Source: the human T2T-CHM13v2.0 reference genome, Homo sapiens
NCBI RefSeq assembly: GCF_009914755.1
Contig: NC_060937.1
Strand: one strand, 5' to 3'
DNA length: 64,000 bases
The notes under the pieces are model-generated. The model searched no databases. It was given only the letters and a program-made list of their open reading frames with translations, and was not told where the DNA came from. A program made the translations under genes and the position numbers. Positions 59,542-64,000 of this stretch are shown here, in pieces. Numbering within the stretch: the stretch's first letter is position 1; every line of letters begins with the position of its first letter.

Positions 59542-60579
59542 CTATAGAGAAAAACATACAACAAAAATGAATGAGTTCATTTATCTAAAAAAAAATGGAT
59601 TGTTTTGTGTCTAGGTATCATCCCACAAAAAAAAACAAAAACAAAATCTGGGGAAAGGTCAGCTACCTATAGAATAAATAATATTTCTTAATTAATTAAA
59701 ATTGGCCTCTTTTTCAAAAAGATTTTAGTTACCTATTTCTGCCTCCACCTTTCCCAATCTATGAAATGTTCGATAAAGACTCACCTTTAGTTCCTTAACA
59801 AATAGTGACTGGCAATATATTGGCAGAGCCTGAGAATAATTTGTCTTCAGAAGTGTCTGTCCTGAAGGCTGAATTCAATATCCAATTAATGAGTGACATA
59901 ACCTTTGTTACCTGAACTGGAACCAGCGGATCACTTAAAACAAGGTAGAAAGAGACACTGTGTCTTCTCCATTACCTGTATCTGGTTCAAAGGCTAATCT
60001 GTGCCACTCAAAAATGGCAGTCTTGGTTCTTCAGCATGGAAACCACTTAAGTAGGCCCTATTGCTGCCCTTTACCCTAAAACAGTGTAGGCAGTTCCCTG
60101 AAATGTCTGAAATTCTTGACACCTGAACGTACAAAAGTTAAAGGAACAAGTGTCTATGTCATTATTGGAAATATGCTTTGCAGAAAAATTAAAACTTTAA
60201 AAATGATAAACTTTAATTATGTTCCCTGCGTAGGTCCCGCCTAGTTCAGGTCCACATCAACTAGCAAGCCCTTGAGAATCTTCATAGGTGCTCTGATACC
60301 CAAGGAGAGAGACTGCTGGAAAAATAGAGTCCTGAAAGCTGTATCTCTGTTTTTCCCAACTGTTATCTCAATATCTTCCTTCCTATGGGCTCCTACTTAC
60401 AGATCACTCTAGGACTCAATGACAGTCTCCAACATTGAAGTCTTTCATGTATGAAAGCACCCATTCCAAAAAATGGGTTCAAATGACCAAGAGTAGGAGC
60501 TATTTCCCTCCTTCCGGTAAACAAACTACGTGTAGTCTCAGTCATCTGTCCCCAGTACAGACACGTTCCCCACCACCCA

Positions 60580-61382
60580 AGTGAATTAGTACAACCATCT
60601 TGGAGAATAGCTTTGAAGTTCCTAAAAAAAGCTAAGAATAGAATTACCATAGGATCTAGCAATCCCACTGCTAGGTATAAATCCCAAAGAAAGGCAATCA
60701 GTATATTCAAGAACTATGAGCACATTCATATTTACCGAAGCATTATTCACAATAGCCAAGATTTGGGAAAAAAACTAACTGTCCATCCGTAGAAGAAAGG
60801 GTAAAGAAAAAGTGTTACACAGACACACTGGAGTACTATTCAGGCATAAAAAATGAGATCTTGACATTTACAACAACATGGATGGAAATGAAGGACATTA
60901 TATTAAGTGAAATAAGCCAGCCACAGAAGAACAAAGTTTGCATGTTCTCACTCATTTGTGGAAGCTACAAATTGAATCAACCGAACTAAGGGAGATAGAC
61001 AGTAGAACAATACTTACCAGGGGCTGGGAAAGGTAGTGAGATTGGGGGAGGGTGGAAGTGGGGATGGTTAACTGGTACAAAAATATATTTAGATAGAATT
61101 AATAAGATTTAGCTCTGGAAGGCACAACAGGGAAACTATAGTCAACAATAATTTATTGTACATGTTAAAATAACCAAAAAGTATATTTGGAATGTTTGTA
61201 ACACAAAGAATGATAACTGCTTGAAGGGACAGATAGACCCATTTACCCTGATATGATAATTACGCACCACATACCTGTATCAAAATACCTCATGTACCCA
61301 AAATACCTCATGTACACTTGCTATGTACCCATGGAAATAAAAAATAGAAAGATAACGCAGAAAAGAACAGCAAAAAAAAAAG
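60580..61382 (+). mobile_element. L1MA-like 3' end
   Basis: gcaatcccactgctaggtata...catgttctcactcatttgtgg...ctatgtacccat. Confidence 0.88.
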
Positions 61383-61569
61383 GGCTGAGATAACAAGGAC
61401 ACATTTTTACCAAAAAACTATTCTTACTTGGATTTCAGAAAACTTTAAGCCAAAGAAACATCAACATTCAAATGAATAAGCATGGCTCATTTTATTCAAT
61501 ATTTAGATTTATATGATATACGTAAATCAGATATTATCAATGATTAATATTAGTATTTAAGACTGTTAT

Positions 61570-61732
61570 AAGGGAGTGGGTTAAATTACTACTATCAGGT
61601 ACTATGCTCACGGCGTGAGTGACACCATCTGTCCTCCAAACTTCACCATCACTCAATGTTCCCATGTAAGATATCTGCATATGTGCCCTCTGTATCTCAA
61701 ATAAAAGTTGAAGTTAAGAAAAGAAAAGAAAA
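61570..61732 (+). mobile_element. Short old L1PA 3' end
   Basis: ggtactatgctcac...ccatgtaagatatctgcatatgtgccc...aaataaaagttg. Confidence 0.7.
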
Positions 61733-63598
61733 ACACTGCTATAAATTTTCAAAAGGGTAGTTAAAAGGTTATCTTTCACAACTTTCTACCTTCAGAAATG
61801 CTTTTGTTTGAAAGGAGGGAGGAAAAGCTTCAATTTAGATTAAGTCCTAATAGTCCAATTTTAAATCTCTCAACTTGTTCAGACTGGGCAGGTAAACATA
61901 AAGTTTTTAAGCTTGGAAGGGTCCTGAGAGACAGTAGAATACATAGTGGGCATTCAGGTTACATTTAATGAATAAATGGATTAAAAGAATACATAAATGT
62001 ATTTGAGGAGTTCAATATTTTTAAAGAAAACTCGTAAAGATAAGTAACACTTGTGCAATAGAAATGATTTATATTTGCTATTTTTTATTTTCATAAGGAC
62101 ACCACTAAAATAAAATGATTAAATTATAATTGTTTGCATGTATGTAATAAATCTATCCATAATAAAAGACATGCATAAAAAATATACACAATACAATCTA
62201 CCAGCACAGATTAAAAGATTCCCTCTATTTCTGAAGAGGCTAAACCTTGGCAGAAGATACCAATCCACAAAAAAAATTAATAGAAAGCAAAAACTTATTT
62301 TTATCTGTTCAAGATTCATATTCCTGTTCTTACCTAGGATTATTTCAGTAATAATAGACTTTTACTAAACCTGTTATACATGCTCATTGTGGATATCACA
62401 ATAAGAAAAAGGAAAATAAATCACCCCTAATACAAATGTCCCAAAATAACAAAATTTTATCACATTTTGTGTATACTTTCAGCTACCACAAGACCATTCC
62501 CTCTGTGTGTATGTATAATCAAATCGATTTTTTCTCACTTAATATACCAAAGTACATCTTCCCATGTCAACATACATCCATATCTATTGCCACCTTCAGA
62601 AGTTACATATAATTTCATCCTATGGATGCACTGAAATTTATTTATAAAATCCTTTATTTGCCCTCTCCTTAATACATTGCTATTGGAAACAGTGCTGAGA
62701 AAAACGAATTGTATGCATCTCTAATTATTTTCTGAAAATATTTTAGTATAATGGAATCAATGGGTAAAGGATACATACCTTTTTAAGAGTGATGTTCACC
62801 ACCAAATTGTTTATTTAAAAAGTTAACAGCAACTTAAACTTTAAGCAGTGGTGTAAGTACTACTGATTTTCCAGATCACTAGTAGATTTGGAAAAAGTAC
62901 TTTGACCAATTTTAAATTATAGTTCTTATTTCTTTAAAAAAAATTCTCTGTAAAAGGAAGATACATTTTTCATTGCAAATAATAAATGTCTATATTTATG
63001 TATATAATGTGAATATTTTGCAAGTATGTTGTCTTTTATTTTGTTAACTTTTTTCTGATGTAAGGGGAGTTTTAATTTTTGTTTTCTAAATCAACCTGCA
63101 GAATGCATTCATAGGAAGGTCTTTGTCAACATAAAAATGTATCTGTATAAATAGGCATTCGTGTTTTCTTCTGGCATTTTCTAATTTTGTATATTTAAGT
63201 TTTTACGCATATTCTATCAATAACTTATTTTTGTAACATAAAAATCTAGCTAGTTTTCTCCAGTTCACAGACATGTCATTTACAAATAACTCATCTTTCC
63301 ATACACATATGAAATGTCATCAGGATCAGGTTCTAAAATCTTACACATTTTTCAGTATGTGTGCATTTTTTATTCTGTTCCGCACATTTATCTGTCTTCT
63401 CATCTTTTAGTAAATGAAACCTAATATCACACTTTGATATATAGAAGGGCAAGTCTTTACTCTGTTATAAAAATTTTCTTAATGTCATCATAAGAGTAAA
63501 AGGTAGCATACGTAACCTAGAAATCTTAAAACCTTGATGCTTTTATTTGGTTTATCTAAAATGAATAGAGTTCACATCTCGAGAAAAATGAGTCTTCC

Positions 63599-64000
63599 CA
63601 CATGCACACGTATGTTGACTGCGGCATTATTCACAATTACAAAGACTTGGAACCAACCCAAATGTCCATAATGATAGACTGGATTAAGAAAATGTGGCAC
63701 ATATACACCACGGAATACTATGCAGCCATAAAAAAGGATGAGTTCATGTCCTTTGCAGGGACATGGATGAAGCTGGAAACCATCATTCTCAGCAAACTAT
63801 CACAAGATCAGAAAACCAAACACCACATGTTCTCACTCGTAAGTGGGAGTTGAACAATGAGAACACATGGACACAGGGAGGGGAACATCACACACCAGGG
63901 CCTGTCGGGGGGAGGGGGTGGGGGGCCAGGGGAGGGATAACATTAGGAGAAATACCTAATGTAGGTGACGGGTTGAGGGGTGCAGCAAACCACCACGGCA
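63599..64000 (+). mobile_element. 5'-truncated L1PA6/7-like element, continues past window end
   Basis: [42 protein letters not shown] plus 3'UTR. Confidence 0.94.

Noticed and set aside
59140-62340. Donor-like CTTAC(C) motifs near 59145, 61425 and 62332 as missing exons 6 or 8
   Set aside because: Adjacent sequence does not translate to the expected ANKRD26 peptides.

Overview
Primate (human/great-ape-like), AT-rich, repeat-dense genomic DNA. The backbone is a multi-exon ANKRD26-family gene/pseudogene on the minus strand, with about 18 exons recovered by hand from GT/AG boundaries and peptide similarity (exon numbers are recalled ANKRD26 equivalents). From memory, ANKRD26-like plus an intronic MRPL3 retrocopy matches the ANKRD26P3/MRPL3P1 locus at human 13q12.11; this is unverified. 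The rest is L1, Alu, L2/MIR, MaLR and DNA-transposon fossils. Main observations: (1) the MRPL3 retrocopy appears to be an ~8.7 kb insertion (17078-25780) bounded by a perfect 13-bp TSD, i.e. a spliced CDS plus ~7.5 kb of read-through 3' sequence; (2) 14 ANKRD26-like exons splice in phase into an ~780-codon uninterrupted ORF, while lesions cluster 3' of it; (3) six downstream exons are missing, and a fold-back inverted repeat may mark the deletion junction; (4) two near-identical inverted L1PA 3' ends bracket three exons. Nearly all other ORFs in the track are TE-derived or chance ORFs.
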